Source of the DNA: Burkholderiales bacterium
GTDB lineage: Bacteria; Pseudomonadota; Gammaproteobacteria; Burkholderiales; SG8-39
NCBI GenBank assembly: GCA_038903735.1
Contig: JBCKLP010000002.1
Coordinates: 1-62,559 of the forward strand
Length of the DNA stretch: 62,559 bases
Direction of reading: 5' to 3'
The translations under genes were made by a program, and so were the position numbers. Positions 18,515-27,153 of this stretch are shown piece after piece. The first letter of the stretch is position 1. Each line of letters opens with the position of its first letter. The notes beneath the pieces were generated by a model that was not told the DNA's origin, made no database searches, and saw nothing but the letters and a program-made list of their open reading frames with translations.

Positions 18515-19788
18515 GACGTCGTCTCCGCAGCATGCCGTTTATCCAGTTGGGCCAGTTGCCGGCGTATGATCAGGCGAATAAGTAGAGCAGAGACCAATGC
18601 CACTACGACCTGAGTCCACGCAGCTCCCCAGACACCCCACCAAAAGCACAGGGGGTATCCCAAAACCAGGGTCAAACTGGTCGTTGAGGCAGCAATCCAG
18701 GTACCCTGCTTGATAGCTCCCATACCCAAAAGGGCGGCACCACCCACGGCATAAGTGCACCACAGCAAAAAGCGCAGCATCAGAATCGCGACCATATGAC
18801 TCAGTCCAGCATAAGACGTGCTAAGAAACCAATGCTCCAAGCCCCACGCCAATGCAACAACGCAGGCAGAGGCTGGTAGGGCAACCGCGATCAGACCCTT
18901 TGTCCAACGTCGCAATCGAGAACGAAATGCGGCCGGATCGTTCGTCAGGTTGGTGAACATTGGTGTGGCCACGCTTTGTACCGCCCCAGCCAGGGCGCTT
19001 AGTGCGAAATAGAAGACCGTAGCTAGCGAATAGATCGCTACCAATCTTCGGTCGGTTCCAATCCAGTCCAGTAGAAGAATGTCGGCGTACTGGCCTACGG
19101 TGGTTATCAGCATGCCTACTACGCTGTATTTAGCCAAGATACTGAAATCCTTGGGCAGCGGTACCTCTTGAAATAGAGGGCGTGCCGCCATGAGCGGCGG
19201 CAGAGTGGCGGCGATGGCCGCTACTAAGGCCGATATCAGCAAGCCGTTCAGTCCATACAGCCAAGTTGCGGAGGCGGTAAGAACGAAACTCAGAACGCGG
19301 ATGCAAACCTGCGAATAGGCCAGATAGCGAAAGCGCTGTACTGCCTGGAGATATACGATCAAAAGACTGCCGGCGGCCAAAGCCGGAATCTGCATTGCGT
19401 AAGCGCTGAGGACTAATGTTTCCTTGTCTTCCCGGCCAGAGAAGAAGATCAGCGTCAACACCACTAAAGTACTGATGGCTGCTACCAAGGCCAAGCGGCG
19501 TAGTCCTGTACCAAGGATTCGCCGCCGTTCAGCGCTATTGAAGCGAGGATCAGCGCAATAGCGCAACACCGGGGCCGTCAGGCCGCCGGCAGCGATGATT
19601 GTAGCCACGGCGACATAGGCCATGGCTATGCGAACCAGGCCGAATTCCTCGGGTGGCAGTAGCTTGGCAATGACCAGCACGCCGAGCAAGGCCACAGCCT
19701 GCTGAATAATGTTGGCGAACATGACGTGAGATAGCCCTTGAGCATGCAGGCCTGTCAGCCATGTCTGAATACGCTCGCGAAGACCCAT
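18511..19788 (-). CDS. wzx: Polysaccharide/O-antigen flippase (Wzx, MOP superfamily)
   Basis: 425 aa with ~12 hydrophobic segments. Its position inside a glycosyltransferase operon and an ATGA overlap with the downstream gene fit a flippase. Confidence 0.8.
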   Translation of the reverse strand: MGLRERIQTWLTGLHAQGLSHVMFANIIQQAVALLGVLVIAKLLPPEEFGLVRIAMAYVAVATIIAAGGLTAPVLRYCADPRFNSAERRRILGTGLRRLALVAAISTLVVLTLIFFSGREDKETLVLSAYAMQIPALAAGSLLIVYLQAVQRFRYLAYSQVCIRVLSFVLTASATWLYGLNGLLISALVAAIAATLPPLMAARPLFQEVPLPKDFSILAKYSVVGMLITTVGQYADILLLDWIGTDRRLVAIYSLATVFYFALSALAGAVQSVATPMFTNLTNDPAAFRSRLRRWTKGLIAVALPASACVVALAWGLEHWFLSTSYAGLSHMVAILMLRFLLWCTYAVGGAALLGMGAIKQGTWIAASTTSLTLVLGYPLCFWWGVWGAAWTQVVVALVSALLIRLIIRRQLAQLDKRHAAETTS

Positions 19789-19791
19789 GCC

Positions 19792-20769
19792 TCAGCTTTC
19801 AATCTTGAGCTTGATTTTGCCAAGTTTGCTGCGTACGGCCTCAAGGACGATTTCCAGATGCCAGTCGAGATCCAAGCCAGAGAAGTCGAAGCCGCTCCTC
19901 AGTGCTTGGATATCAAAGGATGCGGACCGAGGCACTACCAGGAGAGTGATCCTGCCCGGCGCATCTTGGCGTACCTGGAGGTGCTGCACCTCATCGAAGC
20001 CCGAGTGATGACGCCCGAATATGATGGAAGTCAATGCAAGGCGGCGACCACAGCGATCAGTGACAAAATCCCCTATTCGGCCTTCTTTGATGCGAAAGGC
20101 AAGAGATGAGCCAACACTGGACACCGGCTCGATCAAATCACCCGTGTCGTAGCGGATGAAAGGGTGAGCAAGATTGCGAAGGGAAGAACACACCAAGCTG
20201 TGATGCTCCCCATCCGCCGTCGGCACAGCCTCGGCAAAACCATAGGTAGCGAAGGATTGGTAAATGCCCGCGCCAGTTTCTCTGGCCAGAACCGCCATTT
20301 CGCTGTGACCGTACCAACTGACAATATTGGTGCTAAGAACTCGGTTGATAGGCTCTCGATACATGGGCGCTGGAAATTCCGACCCCAGCAGCACGCCATA
20401 GAGCCGCGAACGAAAGATCTCTGCCTGGTCACCGCCGTAGTTCGCAAGGGCTAGGGCGAATTCCGCCACCAGACTGGGATAACCGTGGATCCAACGCACC
20501 TTGTGCCTGGCAGGCAGAGCCAGGACCGCCACCACTACTTGGAGCATTGGACAATTGGCGTTAACCACGAATTCATTGTGGCGCGGATGATAGGAAAAAG
20601 GCGTGTCGTCGGCCATGTAGGCTCCACCAATGCGGAGCTTCAAATGGCTGCTACGGTAACCGTGAGACTTCCATATCGCGTGCATATGTGCCCATTCAAC
20701 CGGCAGCGCCGAGTGTTCCAGAAGGAAATTAAGGGGCATTGCCCTCGATCCGGCTTTCGCCCAGATCAT
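19792..20769 (-). CDS. CapK/PaaK-like adenylate-forming enzyme, lacking an intact N-terminal ~100 aa (probable pseudogene)
   Basis: 325 aa. ..IVSWYGHSEMAVLARE.. and ..HPFIRYDTGDLIE.. are CapK/phenylacetate-CoA-ligase family motifs. The expected TSGSSG P-loop reads KAGSRAMPLNF right at the ORF start. A TGA lies 4 codons upstream, and the 320 bp upstream (20770-21089) is open only in short pieces spread across three frames. Confidence 0.7.
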   Translation of the reverse strand: MIWAKAGSRAMPLNFLLEHSALPVEWAHMHAIWKSHGYRSSHLKLRIGGAYMADDTPFSYHPRHNEFVVNANCPMLQVVVAVLALPARHKVRWIHGYPSLVAEFALALANYGGDQAEIFRSRLYGVLLGSEFPAPMYREPINRVLSTNIVSWYGHSEMAVLARETGAGIYQSFATYGFAEAVPTADGEHHSLVCSSLRNLAHPFIRYDTGDLIEPVSSVGSSLAFRIKEGRIGDFVTDRCGRRLALTSIIFGRHHSGFDEVQHLQVRQDAPGRITLLVVPRSASFDIQALRSGFDFSGLDLDWHLEIVLEAVRSKLGKIKLKIES

Positions 20770-21089
20770 GGATACATGTCAGGTATTTGCGTCGCAGTCG
20801 TTCACCATGGGTCTCGACGTAGCGCAGCGGAGAATGGATAGAATTCTTCTCGACATAGCCATTCCAGCGATAGACCTGTCCTGTGTAACCGGATGGATCG
20901 GCGTAGCAATCTCACAGTGTCAGCGTTTGTTCTGTCAAGCTGTCCCTTCCATCAGTTGCTCAACCTTTACCAGATTGGGTGGCGTGTCCACCGCATAGGA
21001 GTTATGTTGGGTATGTGCCACTCGTACCTTGGGGCTTCTCAGGTGACTCACGTATTCCCGAGGCTGACTCAATCGGCAATGCCTATTCT

Positions 21090-21866
21090 TTATACAGGGG
21101 AAAGTATGGCCACATACTTACCAACCAGAGATGCATGTGGTTTGATTGTTCTTTTGTGAATTAAATATAATTTGACCAACTTTGCATCTACAAACTTTTG
21201 AATGGTTTCATAGGTTGCTGAGCGCTTCAGCCGAACATCGTCACATGCGATCAATCCACCGGTGTTCAACAAACGAAGACTATTGACTATATCGATTGCA
21301 ACGAGCGGATATTCATGATCCCCGTCAACCCATATAAAATCGTATGCTTTATCTTTTACAAAAGACAGACTCGTCGAGTCAGTTTGATTAAAAGTGATAT
21401 TTGGCCTGCTACTCAATAAGTCATTCCTCCTATTAATGAAGTCCCTGCGTTCACTTTCGCGCACGCGTCCATAGGTCGACTTAAAAACAGGATGGTTATC
21501 GGGAAGGTCGATCGTTTCAATTTGAGCGTCAGGGAAAAGAATCGATAAAAGAACAGCGCCAGCGCCGCTGTGAGTCCCAATTTCTAAGATATTTTCAAAC
21601 CTATGGTTTTTGCTGAGCGCTGTAAACAGGTTGTGGTGACATGATTTCATCTCAACCATGAGATCTTTGTTCTGATCATACATTTCTACTAATGTTTTTT
21701 TTGATTCTAGATAATCCAAACCCAACGCATTGAAAAATATAATTTGCTCTGTCTCGTATTGTTCATAGTCATAGTTCATTTCTATCCACAGCCATTCAAG
21801 CCGCTTAAGCAATTTGAGCGGTATCAGATGAGGCTTTAACAGGATTTTTGTAATGCGGTTTAACAC
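21090..21866 (-). CDS. Class I SAM-dependent methyltransferase (O-methyltransferase-like), in an AT-rich insert
   Basis: 258 aa. ..ILEIGTHSGAGAVLLSILFP.. (motif I) and ..YDFIWVDGDHEYP... GC is very low here: I counted 20/60 G+C at 21121-21180 and 15/60 at 21661-21720. The start is uncertain (GTG 21866 or ATG 21779). Confidence 0.8.
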   Translation of the reverse strand: MLNRITKILLKPHLIPLKLLKRLEWLWIEMNYDYEQYETEQIIFFNALGLDYLESKKTLVEMYDQNKDLMVEMKSCHHNLFTALSKNHRFENILEIGTHSGAGAVLLSILFPDAQIETIDLPDNHPVFKSTYGRVRESERRDFINRRNDLLSSRPNITFNQTDSTSLSFVKDKAYDFIWVDGDHEYPLVAIDIVNSLRLLNTGGLIACDDVRLKRSATYETIQKFVDAKLVKLYLIHKRTIKPHASLVGKYVAILSPV

Positions 21867-22210
21867 TTAGACCCCTTGCTGAGTGTTACATTGGCAGTTA
21901 TGACTGCACTCGACCCTATCCAGACATCATCTTCAATGATTACATCACCCGGCGTATGAGGCTGATTTCTTATTAATTGCGAGGCTTTAATCCCCTGATC
22001 ATAGGATCTAATCACGACATTAGATGCTATTATTACGTTATTGCCTATAACAATACGCCCCCCCACAGAAGTGCCAATCTGAACATTTGTATTTACGGAA
22101 ACATTGTCTCCTACAACAATCTCTCCACCATTCCCATACATATACAGATACCCCATGCTATAAAAGTTGTTTCCGATAATTATATTTTCAGGTGAAAGAA
22201 TTACAGCCAT
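21860..22210 (-). CDS. Hexapeptide-repeat (left-handed beta-helix) acetyltransferase, apparently C-terminally truncated
   Basis: 116 aa. Repeats ..VGDNVSVNTNVQIGTSVGGRIVIGNNVIIASNVVI.. and ..IEDDVWIGSSAVITANVTLSKGS. The ORF ends where related enzymes continue for ~35 more residues. AT-rich. Confidence 0.7.
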   Translation of the reverse strand: MAVILSPENIIIGNNFYSMGYLYMYGNGGEIVVGDNVSVNTNVQIGTSVGGRIVIGNNVIIASNVVIRSYDQGIKASQLIRNQPHTPGDVIIEDDVWIGSSAVITANVTLSKGSKC

Positions 22211-22214
22211 TCCC

Positions 22215-22589
22215 TTGGCTCCACGTGCACATCGCGCGACTAAATGGACACCTTGCAGATCGTTTGGTCACTACCGGAACTCACTCCCAATCGTTCAGAG
22301 TTCGCAGATCGTCTGGCGCAAAACCTTTATTACGGTAGAAATCACGATAGAAATCCACCTCCTTCACAGCCGTATGCAAAATAGATCGCAATTGAATCAA
22401 TCGCTCTGCATCCAGTGCAGACGAATCGGCAACTTTTGCGGCGCGAATGTCCGATACTGAACGCTTGTAGGAAAACCCAAGGCGTAGCGAGAAAGGAACA
22501 CGGGCAAGTGGTCGTGCCAGCGGTTCTGGAATGTTTTTTAACGCGCTCTTCAATACCGTTACAATGGTCACCACACTACCTCCATACAT
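22215..22589 (-). pseudogene. N-terminal fragment of a CapK/PaaK-like adenylate-forming enzyme (in-frame TGA, then lost)
   Basis: ORF 22281..22589 ends ..VDFYRDFYRNKGFAPDDLRTLNDWE-TGA. The same frame continues VPVVTKRSAR.., so the stop interrupts the conserved DW-x-x-P-x-x-TK block of the family. Homology ends where the AT-rich insert starts (~22215). Confidence 0.65.
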
Positions 22590-22659
22590 ATTGAGTGGAG
22601 CATATTTTTTACAGCTAAAAGTATTCGCATACTGAGATTAAATCTTGGATTCAATCGCG

Positions 22660-23718
22660 CTACTTGCCGCCTTGAAATCCAATTTCCTTGTAAATCTTGG
22701 CAAGCTCACCCACCACGATGTTCACGTCATGATATTTTTCAGCGTAGTTTCGACTCCGAAAAGAAAGTTCAACCCTCAAAGCGGGCTCACATATCAATTC
22801 CTTCAGTCTGTCATAGATTGTGTCTGGATTTGCGTTTACCAGCGGCATATCAGAGGGGTATTTCAAGATCAAATCAGGGCGAATAAATGTGATGGTGGGC
22901 TTCCCCGCAGCCATGGCCTCAACAGCCGTTACGCCATGCGAGCCACAGCGCAGTTCATCCACGTAGATATCGCAATTTGCGATCTCCTGATACATTTGGG
23001 CTTGGCTCAGTTGGCGCTTAAGCCGAAACTCAAATTCAAGCCCTTCAGATTTCAACCTCTCTACCGCTGCAACAACATAATCAGTCCCTTTTATCCATGT
23101 ACGCGTCGGCGTATGAAGTAAAACTGGAGGACGATCCACTCTTGGCTCGTTGAATTTGATGACATCAAGGTCAACCGGCTGGCGAAAAATAAAGCATTTT
23201 TCAAAATAGGGCTCAACATAACTCATCATTTCGCAATCGGTGGCCACATAGCGGACGTATTTTGAAATTGATTTCAAATAGTCCCGAATTTCCTCATCGC
23301 GTGCCTCATCTGCTTCCAGATGAAAATAAGGATTTCTCGCCCGTGCGTCACTAATAATTCTGGCATCGCTACCACCAAAGCTCATAATCATCGGAATCTG
23401 CTTTTTTGCCAGCAGCCTCCCTTCGATCAAATGGTGCCAATGGCTGCGCAGGATTACACCACCATGATAATGCACAAGTGAACAGCGCTCAGCCACCTCC
23501 GCCAAAAAGCGGGCGCGTTTTATGAACTTGGCAACCTTACTATCGTTCTTGTGTGTCAATACACGGTCGTGCGGCAGTTGACGATCCAAGTCTTCGACAT
23601 CAGAATTTTCCTGGATGACGTTGACGCTGTTGTAACCTGCCCTACGCAATCCCTCTGCCACACGGTAGGGCCAGCCAGCAAGGCTACCATACTGCAGAAT
23701 GTATTTCCCATCGGACAT
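22660..23718 (-). CDS. GT-B fold glycosyltransferase (GT1/GT4-like)
   Basis: 352 aa. ..GSHGVTAVEAMAAGKPTITFIRPD.. and the overall two-Rossmann layout. GC is intermediate (27/60 at 22741-22800). Confidence 0.75.
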   Translation of the reverse strand: MSDGKYILQYGSLAGWPYRVAEGLRRAGYNSVNVIQENSDVEDLDRQLPHDRVLTHKNDSKVAKFIKRARFLAEVAERCSLVHYHGGVILRSHWHHLIEGRLLAKKQIPMIMSFGGSDARIISDARARNPYFHLEADEARDEEIRDYLKSISKYVRYVATDCEMMSYVEPYFEKCFIFRQPVDLDVIKFNEPRVDRPPVLLHTPTRTWIKGTDYVVAAVERLKSEGLEFEFRLKRQLSQAQMYQEIANCDIYVDELRCGSHGVTAVEAMAAGKPTITFIRPDLILKYPSDMPLVNANPDTIYDRLKELICEPALRVELSFRSRNYAEKYHDVNIVVGELAKIYKEIGFQGGK

Positions 23719-24047
23719 TAGTGCTTCACCGTATATTTAATATAGAAGCTCTTCGGCACCAACAGGTGATGCGCCGAGCGGCGCAGCAAGTGGCTGCCAT
23801 GGTAATGAACCAGTGAAAAGCGGGAAGGAATGCTGGCCAGAAAGCGTACTCGCTTGAGCACCTTGAGCGGTCGGGCGGTGGACTTGAAACAAATCGCCTC
23901 GTGGTGGGGAAGGCGCCGATCCAAGTCATGCACATCCGTGTCTTCTGGGATGACGTTGATGGACGGACAACCGATGACGGTCAATGCTTCAGCCAGCCAA
24001 TAAGGCCAAGCGGCCAGGCTACCGTACTGCAAAACGGGTTTAATCAT
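23718..24047 (-). pseudogene. Chimeric remnant: N-terminal ~93 aa of a paralogue of the 22660..23718 glycosyltransferase, fused to a copy of the last ~14 codons of the amidotransferase gene
   Basis: MIKPVLQYGSLAAWPYWLAEAL...RFSLVHYHGSHLLRRSAHHL aligns with MSDGKYILQYGSLAGWPYRVAEGL...RCSLVHYHGGVILRSHWHHL of the next gene. The tail LVPKSFYIKYTVKH aligns with LIPKSFYMKYTAK at the end of 24064..25197. Confidence 0.6.
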
Positions 24048-24063
24048 GGCGTTCAGACAGGCC

Positions 24064-25197
24064 TTACTTAGCCGTGTATTTCATGTAGAAACTCTTCGGA
24101 ATGAGGTCCATCTTGCACATCACCCAGAAGAACGGACGCATTCTTTCGAATGTCTTCTTGTAGGTGACATAGTCCTTGTACGTCTTCTTCGGCATTGTCA
24201 TCAGCCGCTCGAACTCTTCCTCCGAGAACCCCAGCCGTTTTTTCACGAAATCGACCAGGCCGGACTCGATATGTGGCGGCTCATCCATGAGGCGCAGGGC
24301 CTCCTCGCGAGTCATCCAGCCATTGCGGCAATAGGCCGAATAGCCCGCGATCCGGAAGTCGATTTTCCAGCGCGTGGGCAGGAAATAGCTGTGATAGAAG
24401 GCCGTGAACCTGTTCTCGAGGTGGTGCCCGCCGTACCACTGCCAGCCGTATGTTTCCGTCAGCAGCTTTTTGGCGTCTTCCTTGTCGTAGTCCATGTAGT
24501 ACAGGGGGCGGATCTTCTTGATGCCGCCGAATAGCATCCACTTGAGCTGGTCGCGCAGCCAGAGATTGGGGAAGGATTTCATCGGCACGCGCCCGAACTC
24601 GCGGTGCACCGATTCGATGTATTTACCGTCCATATAGATCCAGCCCAGAGGTGCCACCCCCTCCGTGCGGAACGAGTGCCCCTCGATCATGTACTTGATG
24701 CCGAATTTTTCAGCTGCCTTGTACAGGGTCGTCGCCAGGGCGATGTCCGTGGGCGTCTCCAGGTCCTTGACCCCGGCCTTGAAGAAGGATCGGTAGATGT
24801 CGTCGTATTCCTTGTTGTCGACCACGATCGTGAACAGGTCGACCCCCAGCTTTTCCAGGACGTTGTGGATGTTCTCCGTTGCGATCGTCGAATTCCAGGT
24901 GTTGTCGAAGTGTGCTGCCAGGAGGCGCAGGCCATAGACCTCCTTCATCTGGTGCACGAGGTAGGAGGAGTCGCAACCGCCGCTGACGCCGATGACCGCG
25001 TCGTATTTCTTGCCCCGCCCGGCGGCCTTCATTTCGTCGATCAGCTTCTGCATCCTGGCCTCGCCTTCCCGGCCCCTGGGGTACTCGGCGTCCAGCGCGT
25101 CGATTTGGCGGCAATAGTTGCAGACCCCCTCGCCATCGAAGCTGATGTTGGGTACCGTTTCGTCGTAGATGCACCGCGTGCAGATGAGCTTGTTCAT
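24064..25197 (-). CDS. N-acetyl sugar amidotransferase (PP-loop ATPase, WbpG/WbuX-like)
   Basis: 377 aa. N-terminal Cys cluster CTRCIYD..VCNYC and the PP-loop ..AVIGVSGGCDSSYLVHQ... It sits immediately downstream of hisH/hisF paralogues, as in known O-antigen loci. Confidence 0.85.
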   Translation of the reverse strand: MNKLICTRCIYDETVPNISFDGEGVCNYCRQIDALDAEYPRGREGEARMQKLIDEMKAAGRGKKYDAVIGVSGGCDSSYLVHQMKEVYGLRLLAAHFDNTWNSTIATENIHNVLEKLGVDLFTIVVDNKEYDDIYRSFFKAGVKDLETPTDIALATTLYKAAEKFGIKYMIEGHSFRTEGVAPLGWIYMDGKYIESVHREFGRVPMKSFPNLWLRDQLKWMLFGGIKKIRPLYYMDYDKEDAKKLLTETYGWQWYGGHHLENRFTAFYHSYFLPTRWKIDFRIAGYSAYCRNGWMTREEALRLMDEPPHIESGLVDFVKKRLGFSEEEFERLMTMPKKTYKDYVTYKKTFERMRPFFWVMCKMDLIPKSFYMKYTAK

Positions 25198-25965
25198 TTA
25201 GTCCTGTGCGAAGATTGCGTCCTGGTCTTTTCTGGAAGGGAATTTGATCAGCACCCCCAGGTCCTTACCCTGGAAGACGGCCATGCTTCCGATCGCCACG
25301 GCCGAGGCCCCGGCCTGCTTCACCGCGGCCCGGATGTCCTCCAGCGAACCGGCGCCCCCCGTGGCCACCACCGGAATGCCGGTCGCCTGGCTGACCGACT
25401 CCACCAGTTTGAGATCGAAACCGGACCAGGTCCCATCGCGATCAACCGAGTACAGCAGTATTTCCCCGGCCCCCTGTTCCTCGAAGGCGCGGGCAGCATC
25501 CGGCGGCGACTGCTTGGTATCGTGGCTCCCGTTGCGCGTGCGCGCCGTGGCCCGCCCGAGCAGGCCTTTCTTGACATCAAGGGTCACCACCACAGCCTGC
25601 GCGCCGAATTCGCTGGAGGCCTGGCGTACCAGGTCCGGCACTTCGAAGGCCGCGGCGCCGAGCGAGACTTTCTCGATGCCGAGGGCATACAGCCGCCGCA
25701 TGTCGTGCAGGGTGCGCACACCACCGCCGTAGCAGATCGGCATGAAGCACTCGCTAACTAACTTCTCCAGTGTCTCGAAATCAATCCCGCGGTTTAGTGT
25801 CGTCGCATGGATGTCCAGCAGGACCAGCTCGTCGACCTCTTTCTGGTTGAAGATTCGTACGGCATTCACCGGGTCGCCGACATACACTCCCTCCTTGAAG
25901 CGGATCGTCTTGACCAAGGCACCATTGCTCATGAGCAGGCAAGGCATCAGTCGGGTGGCCAGCAT
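25198..25965 (-). CDS. hisF: Imidazole glycerol phosphate synthase cyclase subunit paralogue (HisF-like, WbuZ/HisF2-type)
   Basis: 255 aa. ..RLMPCLLMSNGALVKTIRFK..VGDPVNAVRIFNQKEVDELVLLDI.. and ..PVVATGGAGSLEDI... Confidence 0.9.
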   Translation of the reverse strand: MLATRLMPCLLMSNGALVKTIRFKEGVYVGDPVNAVRIFNQKEVDELVLLDIHATTLNRGIDFETLEKLVSECFMPICYGGGVRTLHDMRRLYALGIEKVSLGAAAFEVPDLVRQASSEFGAQAVVVTLDVKKGLLGRATARTRNGSHDTKQSPPDAARAFEEQGAGEILLYSVDRDGTWSGFDLKLVESVSQATGIPVVATGGAGSLEDIRAAVKQAGASAVAIGSMAVFQGKDLGVLIKFPSRKDQDAIFAQD

Positions 25966-25966
25966 G

Positions 25967-26578
25967 TCAGAGATCTACAAAGTTGCGAATCAGCTGCATG
26001 CCGAAGCGATGGCTTTTTTCCGGATGGAACTGTACGCCCATCACGTTGCCGCGCTGGACACCGGACGTGAACGGGTAGCCGTAGACTGACTTGAGCAACA
26101 CATCTTCCTCGCTGTCGCAGACGAAATGGTAGGAATGCACGAAGTAGAAGCGTGCGCCTTCCTCCAGCCCCGCCACCAGAGGATGGACGCGTGCCGGCGT
26201 GACACTATTCCAGCCCATGTGCGGTATCTTCAGCCTGGCTGCCTCGCCCTCGAAGCTGAACCGGCACACACGCCCCGGAATCAGCCCCAGGCCCGCCATA
26301 CGGCCTTCCTCGCTCTCGTTGGCCAGCAACTGCATGCCCAGGCAGATGCCGAGTAAGGGAATGCCCGCTTTCGCACGTTCCATCAAGGGCTCAACCAGGC
26401 CGAGCCCTGCCAGCCGCGTCATGGCATTGTCGAAGCTGCCCACGCCGGGGAGCAGAATCTTTGTTGCCGCCAGCACGCCCGCCGCGTTGCTTGCGACACC
26501 AGCCTCGCCCCCCACATGCTTGATCATGTTGAGCACGGACCCAATGTTGCCGGCACCGTAGTCGATGATGGTAATCAT
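25967..26578 (-). CDS. hisH: Imidazole glycerol phosphate synthase glutamine amidotransferase subunit paralogue (HisH-like, WbuY/HisH2-type)
   Basis: 203 aa. MITIIDYGAGNIGSV.., LLPGVGSFD.., GICLGMQLL.., ..FVHSY.. (class I GATase triad context). Confidence 0.9.
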   Translation of the reverse strand: MITIIDYGAGNIGSVLNMIKHVGGEAGVASNAAGVLAATKILLPGVGSFDNAMTRLAGLGLVEPLMERAKAGIPLLGICLGMQLLANESEEGRMAGLGLIPGRVCRFSFEGEAARLKIPHMGWNSVTPARVHPLVAGLEEGARFYFVHSYHFVCDSEEDVLLKSVYGYPFTSGVQRGNVMGVQFHPEKSHRFGMQLIRNFVDL

Positions 26579-26583
26579 AATTA

Positions 26584-27111
26584 CTAATCAGCGTAATTAT
26601 CAGATGTACCCACGACTCGACACGGCGTCCCAAACGCTTTTGATCCTGCCGGGATGTCTGTCAAAACCAAACTGTTGGCACCAATCACCGCTTTGTCACC
26701 AATTGACACGCCCATGGCGATGACCACATTTGGACCTAGATAGCAGTTCGAGCCGATCTTCGTTCCAGCCCGAACTACAGGTACGGCCCCGCCATTTACA
26801 GATCGACCAACCGTGTCGTGCGAATAAATTTGCACCCCAGCGGAGATTGAGCAGTTCGAGCCGATTTCCAGCCCGCCAGACCCATCCAAGATTGTAAAAG
26901 GGCCGATCCAAGTGTTTTTGCCAACCTTTACATCGCCTAACACAATGCTGCTGTCGTATATCGTCGTTCCTTCACCAAATCCAAGCTCGTTTGCTTTTTC
27001 CCAACGATCAACAATGTAATCACCGAGTGGGAGCGTACGATTGAATTTCTCCGCAACCTCGCGTCGACGAAGCAACCATAATTGCTTGAGCTCCTGGAGT
27101 AAAGACGTCAT
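26584..27111 (-). CDS. Hexapeptide-repeat acyl/acetyltransferase
   Basis: 175 aa. ..[72 protein letters not shown]... Confidence 0.85.
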   Translation of the reverse strand: MTSLLQELKQLWLLRRREVAEKFNRTLPLGDYIVDRWEKANELGFGEGTTIYDSSIVLGDVKVGKNTWIGPFTILDGSGGLEIGSNCSISAGVQIYSHDTVGRSVNGGAVPVVRAGTKIGSNCYLGPNVVIAMGVSIGDKAVIGANSLVLTDIPAGSKAFGTPCRVVGTSDNYAD

Positions 27112-27153
27112 TCGTTAGTCTCCTGCTTGTCAAAATGGATAGGCGTGCGCCAT

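Noticed and set aside
22281-22283. In-frame TGA codons (22281, 52156, 56710, 54320) as selenocysteine or programmed read-through sites.
   Set aside because: No SECIS-like hairpin follows them. The affected positions are Gly, Trp or unconserved residues in the families concerned, and other lesions accompany them.
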